A DNA stretch of 64,000 bases from an uncultured Ignavibacteriaceae bacterium. Lineage in GTDB: Bacteria > Bacteroidota > Ignavibacteria > Ignavibacteriales > Ignavibacteriaceae. The first letter of the stretch is position 1. Every line of letters starts with the position of its first letter. The position numbers were made by a program, and so were the translations under genes. Below are positions 9,216 through 18,500 of this stretch, one piece after another. The notes below the pieces were generated by a model. It had not been told where the DNA came from. It did not search any database and was given only the letters and a program-made list of their open reading frames with translations. The stretch covers positions 24,053-88,052 of the forward strand of contig CAZLJI010000001.1 of assembly GCA_964559565.1 (NCBI GenBank), given 5' to 3'.

Positions 9216-12083
9216 CTAAATCTCCTCGTAAACAATCGTTCCAATCGTAAGAACGTAATTTTCAGAAATTACTAAGTTTCCATCGCTGTCAACCGAAGGT
9301 GGTGTTCCTGTTTGAGATGGATCAGGAAATGATGTTCCAGTAATAGTAATATTCGCATAGTTGACGCCAGTTATTCCGGTTTGGCCGGTAGATGGATCAG
9401 GAACAACCAACCCGTAATAATAAGAACGATACAAAGACTCTCCATATGTTCTTCCTTTAAACATGTCGTTTACAACCGGCTCTACCCTCGATTTTACCTC
9501 GTCGTATTTGTATGGCTTATTTATCGCCAATTCAAATTTCATATCTACCGCAATCACGTTCCTATATCCACTTACCGTTGCGATAGTTGTAGGAACAACA
9601 TTGTGTCCGCTTAGATATGTTTTCAAAGCATCAAGCAACGCTTGTGTTGGTGCTGCATAATAACCATTTGCATCCACAACCAATGCTTGCACCATGACAA
9701 TATTTGCTTTGCACTCGGCACTAAGGTTTTCATCTAAATAAACCTCAAGCGCATCCAGGTTCGTTTCGATTGACGAAGGAATAACAAGAGCAAGAGCAAT
9801 ATTGGAATCAATAGTTGTTTCTTGCGTAGCAATGGCAACAAGGTTCGTTCCTGTAATCGTGGTAATGGCCGTATCTATTGCATCCGCAGCAGTAGTAATA
9901 TTTCCTGCTTCTGTTTGTGTATCATCAAGATATGATGTTACACCTGATTCTTCGTATCCATATTGAACCATTAGGTCTTGACCAAACTCGGATGTTCCAG
10001 CCGGAGCGGAGCTGAATGTGATATCTACTACACCGGACGAATAAGTAACAGTTCCAGAAGAAATGCCGTATCCAGATAAATTTCCATCCCCGTCATCGAC
10101 AGCAAAGACAGCAGGTTTGTAAACAATCCAAGATAAACCAGTTCCAGTAATAAGATCTCCGCTGTATCCTATTTGTGTTCCTGAAATGTACCTAGTAACC
10201 TTTCGTGTATATGAACCTATTCTTACTGTTCTTCCAACATGACTAGATGTAAATGTCGCCGTAGCAGAAGCAAGTACACCTGGAGTTGTATTGCAATCGC
10301 CGTTTGTTCCGCTTTGGTCTGTTATTAAACTTCCTGATAACCACAAGAAAAACGAACCAGGAGCAACCGGATATTTTTGAAGCGTTCCGGTAAAATTCAC
10401 TGTGCTTCCATCTCCTCTTGCAAATACTTCTTGATACGGCATTCTAAGCAACCCGCTTTTTGCTGATTCCATATATGTATCAATTGAAGATGAAGAGCTT
10501 TTAATTGCAGTAGAATTAGTTGTTACGGTGCCAGTATTTGTTACAACTTGGCTTCTTACTAAAGCAATTGCATCTACTGCCGTACTAATATTGTTCATAT
10601 ATGTCTGCAAATCATCCGCATTTGTTTGAATTGCAGCGAGCTTTGCTTGCATGACATAATCAGCAGAAATACCACGAACAATATTTGCCTTTGCCATAGC
10701 AACATTGCCTGCAAGTCCACTAGAGAAAATGGATGCAAGCGTTGTCAAATCTTGTTTCGTCGTTCCCCTGTCGGCAGTTTTGAAATAAGCAGGTGCGTTT
10801 GCTTTTATTTCTTCGAGCGTCTCGATGTCATCTCCGCCGGAAGCTCCGGTGGGATTTGTTGCTTGAATTGGTATTGTTTGAAAGTTTGCAACCAATGGAT
10901 TGACTGGATTTACAATGCTTCCTGCCGTAGCCGATTTACCAGCTAATCCATAGGTCGCAATATACTGAATTACGATTTCAACCCCAGTATCAGGAATATT
11001 GCCAACAACACCATCACCAAACTGAACAACAGGAGGAACGACACCATACATCACTTCCGCTTTATTAGTTTTTTCAAACGGCAAAAAATCAACAACCTCC
11101 CATTCATCGCCGTCTACCCAAACTTTAACGGATCCGGATGCAATATAGGTTCCACTAGGAACTCCTTCTAATTGTATTCTTTGTGCAGCCTCACCCGTAG
11201 AAATATACCGTTCCTCAATTGTTTCGCCTTGTACAGAAGGAACAAGTGAAGCCGTCGTTGAACCGGCATTGAAAAATACATCTTGAGTCAATTCAAAAAC
11301 AAGACTGTTCGGGCCTTGGAATTTAAAACCTTTATCAACTTGAATATCAAATGCATAAGGACCGCTTGTTAGCGTTAAATTCAAATCAGCGCTACACGCT
11401 ATTGCAGCCCTTGGCTTGTAGGCTAAATATTTTGCTAGAAGTTCTGCGCGTGATCTCAATCTAAGTAACGGCCAAAACCACTCTGTTGCTTCTTTGTCCA
11501 TGTACCAAGACAAAGTATCAAGTGCAGAAGCAACATACTTAATAAGCATTATCGCAGGATCTGTTGCTACAAAATCATTAAACTTGTCTCCGTATTTTTC
11601 ACGAAGCCAAGATAATCCTTCATCAAGAAACGTTTGGTAATCCCTTCCAATGTACTTAGCCCTAACAAGCGTATCTGTTACACGAACTGAATCCCTGATT
11701 TCTCTTCCGGTAGTAACAACTTTCCAACTTGGATAATCAGGAGAAGCCGTTCCACCTGTAGCGGTATCATCTGCATCAATTTGCGAATACTTAAAAGAAG
11801 TAGTAGATACAACTTCCGTTACAATGAAATCTGTACCATTGAAATCAGAAACACTTGCTCCTGAAATAGAAATGTGGTCGCCAATAATAAAACCATGATC
11901 CGTTGCGGTTACAATAGTCACTACATTATCAGTTCTGGATAATGTGCTTATTGAAACATCTTCAGCATCGGTCGGAGCCAATACTTGTGTATAAAGATTA
12001 TCGTCAGATCTATTGTAATACTGTTCCCATTGTTCTGGACTGGTTGGAGCAGCATCATACTCATTAACCGAAAAAACCGCCAT
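9216..12083 (-). CDS. baseplate wedge protein, Baseplate_J family (P2 gpJ / T4 gp6-like)
   Basis: 955 aa, RBS GGAGG, directly after the gp25-like gene. The core YQTFLDEGLSWLREKYGDKFNDFVATDPAIMLIKYVASALDTLSWYMDKEATEWF...LLAKYLAYKPRAAIACSADLNLTL fits Baseplate_J. It carries a split copy of the shared module at about 9954-10421. Confidence 0.7.
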   Translation of the reverse strand: MAVFSVNEYDAAPTSPEQWEQYYNRSDDNLYTQVLAPTDAEDVSISTLSRTDNVVTIVTATDHGFIIGDHISISGASVSDFNGTDFIVTEVVSTTSFKYSQIDADDTATGGTASPDYPSWKVVTTGREIRDSVRVTDTLVRAKYIGRDYQTFLDEGLSWLREKYGDKFNDFVATDPAIMLIKYVASALDTLSWYMDKEATEWFWPLLRLRSRAELLAKYLAYKPRAAIACSADLNLTLTSGPYAFDIQVDKGFKFQGPNSLVFELTQDVFFNAGSTTASLVPSVQGETIEERYISTGEAAQRIQLEGVPSGTYIASGSVKVWVDGDEWEVVDFLPFEKTNKAEVMYGVVPPVVQFGDGVVGNIPDTGVEIVIQYIATYGLAGKSATAGSIVNPVNPLVANFQTIPIQATNPTGASGGDDIETLEEIKANAPAYFKTADRGTTKQDLTTLASIFSSGLAGNVAMAKANIVRGISADYVMQAKLAAIQTNADDLQTYMNNISTAVDAIALVRSQVVTNTGTVTTNSTAIKSSSSSIDTYMESAKSGLLRMPYQEVFARGDGSTVNFTGTLQKYPVAPGSFFLWLSGSLITDQSGTNGDCNTTPGVLASATATFTSSHVGRTVRIGSYTRKVTRYISGTQIGYSGDLITGTGLSWIVYKPAVFAVDDGDGNLSGYGISSGTVTYSSGVVDITFSSAPAGTSEFGQDLMVQYGYEESGVTSYLDDTQTEAGNITTAADAIDTAITTITGTNLVAIATQETTIDSNIALALVIPSSIETNLDALEVYLDENLSAECKANIVMVQALVVDANGYYAAPTQALLDALKTYLSGHNVVPTTIATVSGYRNVIAVDMKFELAINKPYKYDEVKSRVEPVVNDMFKGRTYGESLYRSYYYGLVVPDPSTGQTGITGVNYANITITGTSFPDPSQTGTPPSVDSDGNLVISENYVLTIGTIVYEEI

Positions 12084-12085
12084 AT

Positions 12086-12487
12086 CTACAAACCTCCTCC
12101 TGATGTAGAGGTTATATTAACCGTACTTGTATGTTGTTGACCCTGGTACATGTAATCTACATCTATTGTAACAAGCCCGTCTACTTTATCTGAATAACTT
12201 ACTAGAACAGAAATTATGCTAACATATGGAACCCATCTTGATAGCGTTTTTCTTATTTCTAATAAAGCTAAGCTTTCAATAGGTCTTCCCATTGTTTCAA
12301 AAACAAGTGTCATTAAATTGGATCCAAATGTTGGTTCCATCTTATGCTCACCAACAATGGTAAACAAAGCATTTTTTATTTGAGAATCTACTAGATCAAT
12401 ATCATACGCAAATTGCGGTCCAGTCGGATTCCATGGCCAAACAATTCCACTTATTCCAGCGCCTTGTATGTAAGCTGAATTTGCCAT
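12086..12487 (-). CDS. baseplate wedge protein, GPW/gp25-like
   Basis: 133 aa. IKNALFTIVGEHKMEPTFGSNLMTLVFE...LEIRKTLSRWVPYVSI fits the gp25/GPW signature (GeR.m.P.FGs.l). Its position between the spike and the gpJ-like gene is also consistent. Confidence 0.7.
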   Translation of the reverse strand: MANSAYIQGAGISGIVWPWNPTGPQFAYDIDLVDSQIKNALFTIVGEHKMEPTFGSNLMTLVFETMGRPIESLALLEIRKTLSRWVPYVSIISVLVSYSDKVDGLVTIDVDYMYQGQQHTSTVNITSTSGGGL

Positions 12488-12489
12488 TT

Positions 12490-12870
12490 TTATGTCACTC
12501 CCCCGCTATCCAGCGGACAAGTCGGTAAACTCGGGAGACTAGGTATCTCCGGCAAACTTGGTAAAGGTGGTATCGCTGGGATTCCCGGTATTGACAACTT
12601 AGGAAGTGGTGGCATTGCGACGTTAGGCATAGCTGGCAACGGCAATTCAGGCAAAGACGGGATTGAAGGCAACGACGGTAATCCTGGCAACGCCGGGATG
12701 CCTGGTATTGACAGTTTAGGTAACGGTGGCAGCGTTGCATTAGGCACCGGAGGAACCGGAAGCTCCGGTAAAGAAGGAAGAGAAGGAATACTTGGTAATG
12801 GCGGTAATGCCGGTATAGATGGAATACTTGGTATCGGTAAATCTGGAAATGTACATTTGCTTTGTGTCAT
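12490..12870 (-). CDS. proline-rich [LI]-P-x triplet-repeat protein (possible spike-tip or baseplate component)
   Basis: 126-aa ORF with an ATG start. Its stop lies 2 nt before the gp25-like ATG, and it is co-directional with all neighbours. About 35 consecutive [LI]-P-x triplets form two ~40-aa super-repeats. Strand assignment rests on context only; see the corresponding finding. Confidence 0.5.
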   Translation of the reverse strand: MTQSKCTFPDLPIPSIPSIPALPPLPSIPSLPSLPELPVPPVPNATLPPLPKLSIPGIPALPGLPSLPSIPSLPELPLPAMPNVAMPPLPKLSIPGIPAIPPLPSLPEIPSLPSLPTCPLDSGGVT

Positions 12871-12878
12871 ATATTAAC

Positions 12879-12893
12879 CGCACCCGGATGCGC
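12879..12893 (-). repeat. GC-rich quasi-palindrome GCGCATCCGGGTGCG, copy a
   Basis: Plus strand reads CGCACCCGGATGCGC. The copy fills the 23-nt gap between the spike stop (12894) and the ATG at 12870. Confidence 0.9.
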
Positions 12894-13838
12894 TTATGCC
12901 GTTTTGTTTTTCAAGCTATTGGTTGTCGGATTATATGTTGGCCATGGCATTCCGGTAGGTGGACCGGTCGGGGACCCTGGTGCAGTCGTTGGATGAACAT
13001 GTGCTGAAAAAGCCGTTACACATTGCGTCCAAAGCTGCATCAATTTATTTCCTAATACCAATGGCTCTTGTGCATTTTGTCCAAGCGAGCAACCTCCACT
13101 TGACGCATTAAATAATTCTGCTGCTACTGTTACCTCTTTGCCTGCTAATGTTATTTTGTCTTTTTTTAGTTCTGCAAACACTCCATCTGATTGAGCTATC
13201 TTTACACCATCTTTATCAGACGCATACATATTACCGTGTTCATCAATAATAGTCACCCCTTCTTTTCCATCCTCCGCGTTTAAAAACATCATTGTTCCTT
13301 TGTGATTCTGCATTTGTACAGATCCGTTTTTATCCATAACAATGAAGCTGTATTTGTCTTCAGAAGTGTTTTGACCTTTTTTCTTCCATTGCATTTTAAC
13401 TTGAAGCTCGCCTGTTTTATCGTTAAATGCAATTCCATGTCCGGCGGGAGAAAACCATCCCCTCGTTGTCGGTGGGTTTACTTGGCAATCAATAGGTGTC
13501 TCTAGTTCTTCTCCCTCTTGTTTTGCCCACCATCCGCCCATATAAACAGGATACGCAATTTCACCCATTTCAAAACAAAGCCATACTCCGTCACCTATTT
13601 CTGGCGGATGAAATAAACCATGGCCAACACCGGCTGGCATAACAGGAACAGCCCAATCAGGCAGAAGATCGTCACCTGCAAGAGTAGGAGCCTTTACGAC
13701 TATGCGTCCTTTCATCTCTGGATCTTTGTTATTAACAACAATCCCTGGATAAATTCCATAGTATCGTTTGAAAACGTATTCAACTCCATGCTGAATAGTG
13801 TTTTCAACAATATTCACTATGTAATCAATTGCATCCAT
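12894..13838 (-). CDS. baseplate central spike, gpV / gp5-VgrG OB-fold type
   Basis: 314 aa. GIYPGIVVNNKDPEMKGRIVVKAP...PDWAVPVMPAGVGHGLFHPPEIGDGVWLCFEMGEIAYPVYMGGWW is the typical OB-fold spike N-domain. Confidence 0.75.
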   Translation of the reverse strand: MDAIDYIVNIVENTIQHGVEYVFKRYYGIYPGIVVNNKDPEMKGRIVVKAPTLAGDDLLPDWAVPVMPAGVGHGLFHPPEIGDGVWLCFEMGEIAYPVYMGGWWAKQEGEELETPIDCQVNPPTTRGWFSPAGHGIAFNDKTGELQVKMQWKKKGQNTSEDKYSFIVMDKNGSVQMQNHKGTMMFLNAEDGKEGVTIIDEHGNMYASDKDGVKIAQSDGVFAELKKDKITLAGKEVTVAAELFNASSGGCSLGQNAQEPLVLGNKLMQLWTQCVTAFSAHVHPTTAPGSPTGPPTGMPWPTYNPTTNSLKNKTA

Positions 13839-15254
13839 TTATGCGAATTCTCCTGATTGAGCATTTTTTGTTGCTTGCTTGGCTTCTTTTTTGGAAGGAA
13901 GATTCGATTTATCTATTTGTGCCCGTGCCTTAAGCCAGTTTGCAATGTTATCTGGAAATCCTTTAGGCTTCAGCGAGTATGTTGATTCTGCAAAATCGTT
14001 TCCATATTTTCTTTCGATCTCAAATATTCTATAAGAAACAGAATAGTATTTACCAAGCCCAACTATCTTAACTATGTCTTCAGGCATGATCCACGGAATA
14101 TCTATTGCAGTTATTTTTGCGCTAGCTCCATGATTTTCGGCAGTAGATTTTGCCATATAGTTACTTAATTTTGTCTTGGCTAAATTATCCCTGCTAGCTA
14201 CCGGAATATAGTCGCTTGAAAAAGACTTATCGGCAAATCCAGGAACTGGAACAGTAGTTCCATCTGGAGCTTTTACCTTTGGACCTCCTTGTGAATTAGA
14301 AGGAACACTACTACCACTAACACCGGTAACAGTAGTAGAGCTACTTGCAGATACTTTTTGCGTTTGTTCACTTCTTTTTGAATCCAACTGAAAATACCTG
14401 CTATCAACACCGAGTCTAGGAAAAAACAATGCGGACGACTCCCCATCAAATTTCTCAAGCGGATAAACATTATTCAAAAAATCTATTTGACCTCGATATG
14501 AAAACGTCGCCGTGGATGAATCAGCTTTTCTTGAATCAACTATGTTTAAAACAGTACCAGACGAAATGAAAGCTCTGCATCCCGCTTTTGCTGCAATGTG
14601 TTTTAAAAACATCCAATCATTTAGTCCATGTTGCGTAATAGTGATTTTTTCATTTTTAAATATTTCTATAGCAAAAGGAGAAAAAGACGATTCTGCATCG
14701 CTGTAGTTTTTTCCTTCACCATTCCAGTTTAATTCAAAATTGTAAATGCCAGCTAGCGTTTCTATTACTTCTTTTATCGTTATCTTTGGAACTGTTCCGC
14801 CGTTCCCGTCCGAGTCTTGCAATCCTGAATTCCATACATTTTTACTTTGCAACATAGAAGGGAAAAACCCAAAAGATGTAGTTGGTATTGTAATGGAAAA
14901 CTCATCGCCAAAACTAATCTCTGGTAACAAAGACAAATACCAAGTCCATGGAGAAATAAAGCTTGTTCCACCGGAAGTATATCCGAATCTTACACCAACT
15001 GTGTTGCCTATAAACAAAAACGGACTTTCGAGTAACTCAAGAGACTCTTTGTAGGTAGGAGGAGTCAGTGTTAATTTTGCTTCACCAAACCCAGAAATTT
15101 GCTCTTTTATCGCTATTTCAGATAGGTAAGGAATATGAATCGCATTTTGATCGCTTCCAGGCTTTACGCTTAAATCAGCCCATGCGTTCTTGTCTGGAGA
15201 AAAGATTTTCGCCGCCATGACCTTACCACGAATATCCAACGCAGGTGTTGACAT
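13839..15254 (-). CDS. baseplate hub / late-control-D (P2 gpD)-like tail protein
   Basis: 471 aa. It lies between the LysM protein and the spike, as in P2/Mu-type and eCIS-type loci. TAATG overlap upstream, and its stop abuts the next ATG. The call is mainly positional. Confidence 0.45.
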   Translation of the reverse strand: MSTPALDIRGKVMAAKIFSPDKNAWADLSVKPGSDQNAIHIPYLSEIAIKEQISGFGEAKLTLTPPTYKESLELLESPFLFIGNTVGVRFGYTSGGTSFISPWTWYLSLLPEISFGDEFSITIPTTSFGFFPSMLQSKNVWNSGLQDSDGNGGTVPKITIKEVIETLAGIYNFELNWNGEGKNYSDAESSFSPFAIEIFKNEKITITQHGLNDWMFLKHIAAKAGCRAFISSGTVLNIVDSRKADSSTATFSYRGQIDFLNNVYPLEKFDGESSALFFPRLGVDSRYFQLDSKRSEQTQKVSASSSTTVTGVSGSSVPSNSQGGPKVKAPDGTTVPVPGFADKSFSSDYIPVASRDNLAKTKLSNYMAKSTAENHGASAKITAIDIPWIMPEDIVKIVGLGKYYSVSYRIFEIERKYGNDFAESTYSLKPKGFPDNIANWLKARAQIDKSNLPSKKEAKQATKNAQSGEFA

Positions 15255-15568
15255 TATTTTCTGATCTCCATGATAACACGGTTGTAACTAGGAAGCCTTA
15301 TCGCATCACCTGGAACAAAATCAATTGGAGGAATTGACAATCCGTTAATATCTGCAATCACATCCCATAATCTTGAATCGTTGTACCTGTTAAACGCAAT
15401 TGAATCAATCCTATCTCGTTTATCAACCTGGTAGATAAGATCATCTTGAGATGGTTTTATTTGTCTTGCCATTGGCAGATCCCAGAATTCAATGTTCTTG
15501 CTTCCGTTGTTAAGTACAACCCAATTTGCGCTTTTCAGTCTTGATAGTTCAAAAATGCTTACAGACAT
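15254..15568 (-). CDS. LysM-like tail protein (P2 gpX-like)
   Basis: 104 aa. IYQVDKRDRIDSIAFNRYNDSRLWDVIADINGLSIPPIDFVPGDAIRLP fits the LysM pattern. It sits immediately after the tape measure. Confidence 0.55.
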   Translation of the reverse strand: MSVSIFELSRLKSANWVVLNNGSKNIEFWDLPMARQIKPSQDDLIYQVDKRDRIDSIAFNRYNDSRLWDVIADINGLSIPPIDFVPGDAIRLPSYNRVIMEIRK

Positions 15569-15571
15569 AAT

Positions 15572-18500
15572 TTACCTTCCTGCGCCTGCCGCGCCGAGAT
15601 CTGAAGCTTTTCCACTATTAGATCCTCTTTTGTATTTTCCAGCTTGTGTCATCGTGTATCTCAAGAAAGAACTAACATCTCCTGTTATGGTTACATAAAC
15701 TTGAAGTGCTCTTATTGCATCACTCAAATCAGCCATTTGAAGTGAAATATTTGACATTGCAGATTTCGTATCTTCTGAAAGTCTTTTTTCTACAACAGTC
15801 TTTTTTTGTTCTTCTGGAACATTTCCAGAAACTGTTGGTTTGAATTTTGATTTTTGTGCAACAAAACCACCTCCGGTAGATACAGCAGCTTTTTTCTCAT
15901 ACGATGCAACAAGTCCAGCCTTAGAAAGCATTTCTTGTTGTGATTGCAACCCAAGTTCTGCTCCTGAAAATTGCCTCGATTTCATTTTTGAAATAAGTGT
16001 AGATCTTGCTTCTTTATATGCTTTCCTGTATTCAGTAGAACCGTATGAAGCAAATCCACCTGTTTTTTGTTTAGCATATTCTCTTGAAGCACTTTTAACC
16101 ATTGAGTTTATAATAAAATCAAAAGTACTTTGTTGTGCTTCTTTTAACGCTGCTTCTGGAGACATCCCTTTTTGCGTTATCATAGATGTAACTACTTCTT
16201 TTAATCTTTGCTCATAATATCCCCTCCAGTATCCTCCTAATCCGTATTGAGTTAATTGTGCTTTTCCTTTTTCTACCGCTCCTCCCCATAAAGATGCTAG
16301 TTTTTCTTGTTGTACAGATGTTAATGTTTTTTCTGTTATAGCACCACCAGCAGCAGCTTGTTTGTTTAACAAACTATCAATTGCAGTTTGTACTTTTTTT
16401 GCTGTTTCCGGTGCCATGCCTAACACTTTTGCAGTTTTAGCGTAAAGCTTAAGTGATTCAATAGATGATTGTTTTGCTTCTCGTGCTGTTTCTCTAAATG
16501 ATCCTTTTGCATCATTCTTAGCATTTATCATTGCATTAGAAGACGCAATTCCAGCCTTTGTCATATTTGTAGCAATAGTATTTGCGGCGACTGTACCAGA
16601 TTCACCAATCTTATTACTATATATTGTAGAATTTTGAGCCAAAACACCCATTGCATCTGTACCGTTTTGAGAAGCAGTTTGCATCGAGCTAGTTATTGAT
16701 TGAGTAGCATTAGCCATACTTGTTGACATAGAAGATGTAAGGCCGCCAAATCCACTTGCTACTTTAACTATCTCTTCTTCTGATTCACCTGTTATTTTCG
16801 ACCAAGTTGCGCTAACAGCTCCGCTTATTGCATCCCATGCTTGTCCAACTGAAGCTTTCGTGTTTTCCCAACTAGTTTTTGCATTATTAGATATAAAATC
16901 CCAAGCATCGCTTGCAGCATTTTTTATCCCTTCCCATACTTCTGAAGCTAGTTCACCTAACTTTTTAAACGGCCAAGAAACAATATCCCAAAGTGCTTGC
17001 GCGGCATCCTGAATCCAAGAAACAAGAGTGTTAAATCCATCTACTATTCCGTCTTTTACGGTTATAACTATCCCCCAAAGTTTTACCCATGGCCATTTTA
17101 TTATTTCCCACAAAGTGTTCGCGGCATTTTTTATCCAATCAACTACATTGTTCCATATATCTGCAATTGATCTACCTAGATCTGCAAACCATTCTCCTAT
17201 TGATTGTATGAATTCCCAAATTTGTTTTCTAAAAATATAGATAACTGTAGCTGCTGCCATTATTGCTAAAATTATTTGGCCTATAGGGTTTGTTGCCATA
17301 ATAAGCAAAAGCCTAGCCATCATCATAGCAAATGTTTTTATAAAAAAGAAAACACCCTTTAATAAAAGGGCTCTGGTAGGACCGAAAAACATTGCTACTA
17401 CAAGAGCGCCACCAATAAGCCGACCTTTTGATCTAAGACCTTCTTCTAACCCCATACTCCAATCTGTAAAGAAATCCCATACGGCGCTTAACGCTTTTTT
17501 AGCTATCGTTAGCATTCCTTTGGCTAAAGCACCGATTAACCTTCCTCCCGCTGCTGCAAATCGTCCCTCCGCCGTGCTCATATCCGCTTCAAATGGAGAT
17601 CCAAATATCGCACTAAATATACCCCTAAATAATGAACCTATAAAAGAAACTATCTTATCACCAACCGCACCCCAGTTTACTTTCATTATTGCGTCTGCAA
17701 GCTTATTCATCATTACCGCTGCAATATCCATTAACCATTTAACGCCTTCTATTGCAGCATTCCATGCCATTGCTACGGCTTCTTTGATTTTCGGTGCCCA
17801 TTCTGGCCATTTGCTTTTTACATATTCCCAAAGCTTGGATACACTATCCATTACTTTTTCACGTATACCTTTATGGAATAGAGCTAAACCGAGAATCAAA
17901 AATCCACCTGGTAGAAGAAGTTTTGATAGCAATCCAAATGTTGCGCCCATGTTAGCTAATGCTGCTAACATTGGACCTGATTGTGTTACGAAGTTTTGAA
18001 TCAGCGGACCCATGTTGTTCATACCTGTGAACATTCCGCTTATTCCAACACGTTGCACCAAAAGAAATCTTTTTGTTACTTCTGCAAGTGGACCGCCTTT
18101 TTTAGAAATATCATCTAAGTTTTCCTTTAACCTCGAAAATCCTTTGTTCTGGTCACCAATCCATTTTGTCACTAAAGGCTGTGTAAGACGATCAAGACTT
18201 GCCTTTTGTGCATCTAACATCCTGTTGTAGTAATCGCCTTGAGTTAGCCCGGTACTATAAGATTTACTAGCAGCCTTCCCTAAAGCATCATAAGTTTTTG
18301 CATTATTCTTACCAACCCTATCCATCGACTGCATTGCCTTTATTCCTTTTCCAGAACTATCCTGGATAAGGAAAGACATGCTCGGACCAAAAGCTTTGTT
18401 TATCTCTTCTTGCAGTCTCAAAAAAGTAGCACCCATTGGGCCGCCAGCTTTTTTTGCATCTTTTGAAACTTGATAAAGACCTTTTAGGAATTTAGCGGGA

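Noticed and set aside
12500-12860. Strong short-period DNA periodicity that could suggest a CRISPR-like or satellite array
   Set aside because: The period is 9 nt (three codons) with ~120-nt super-repeats and no unique spacers. It is fully explained by the triplet-repeat coding sequence.
12479-12876. Plus-strand collagen-like G-x-y reading frame as a real gene
   Set aside because: It is provisionally rejected. There is no start codon until 12698, it opposes about 60 kb of co-directional genes, and it would leave the spike-to-gp25 interval without the tightly coupled ORF seen on the minus strand. It is still flagged in the findings because sequence alone cannot settle the question.
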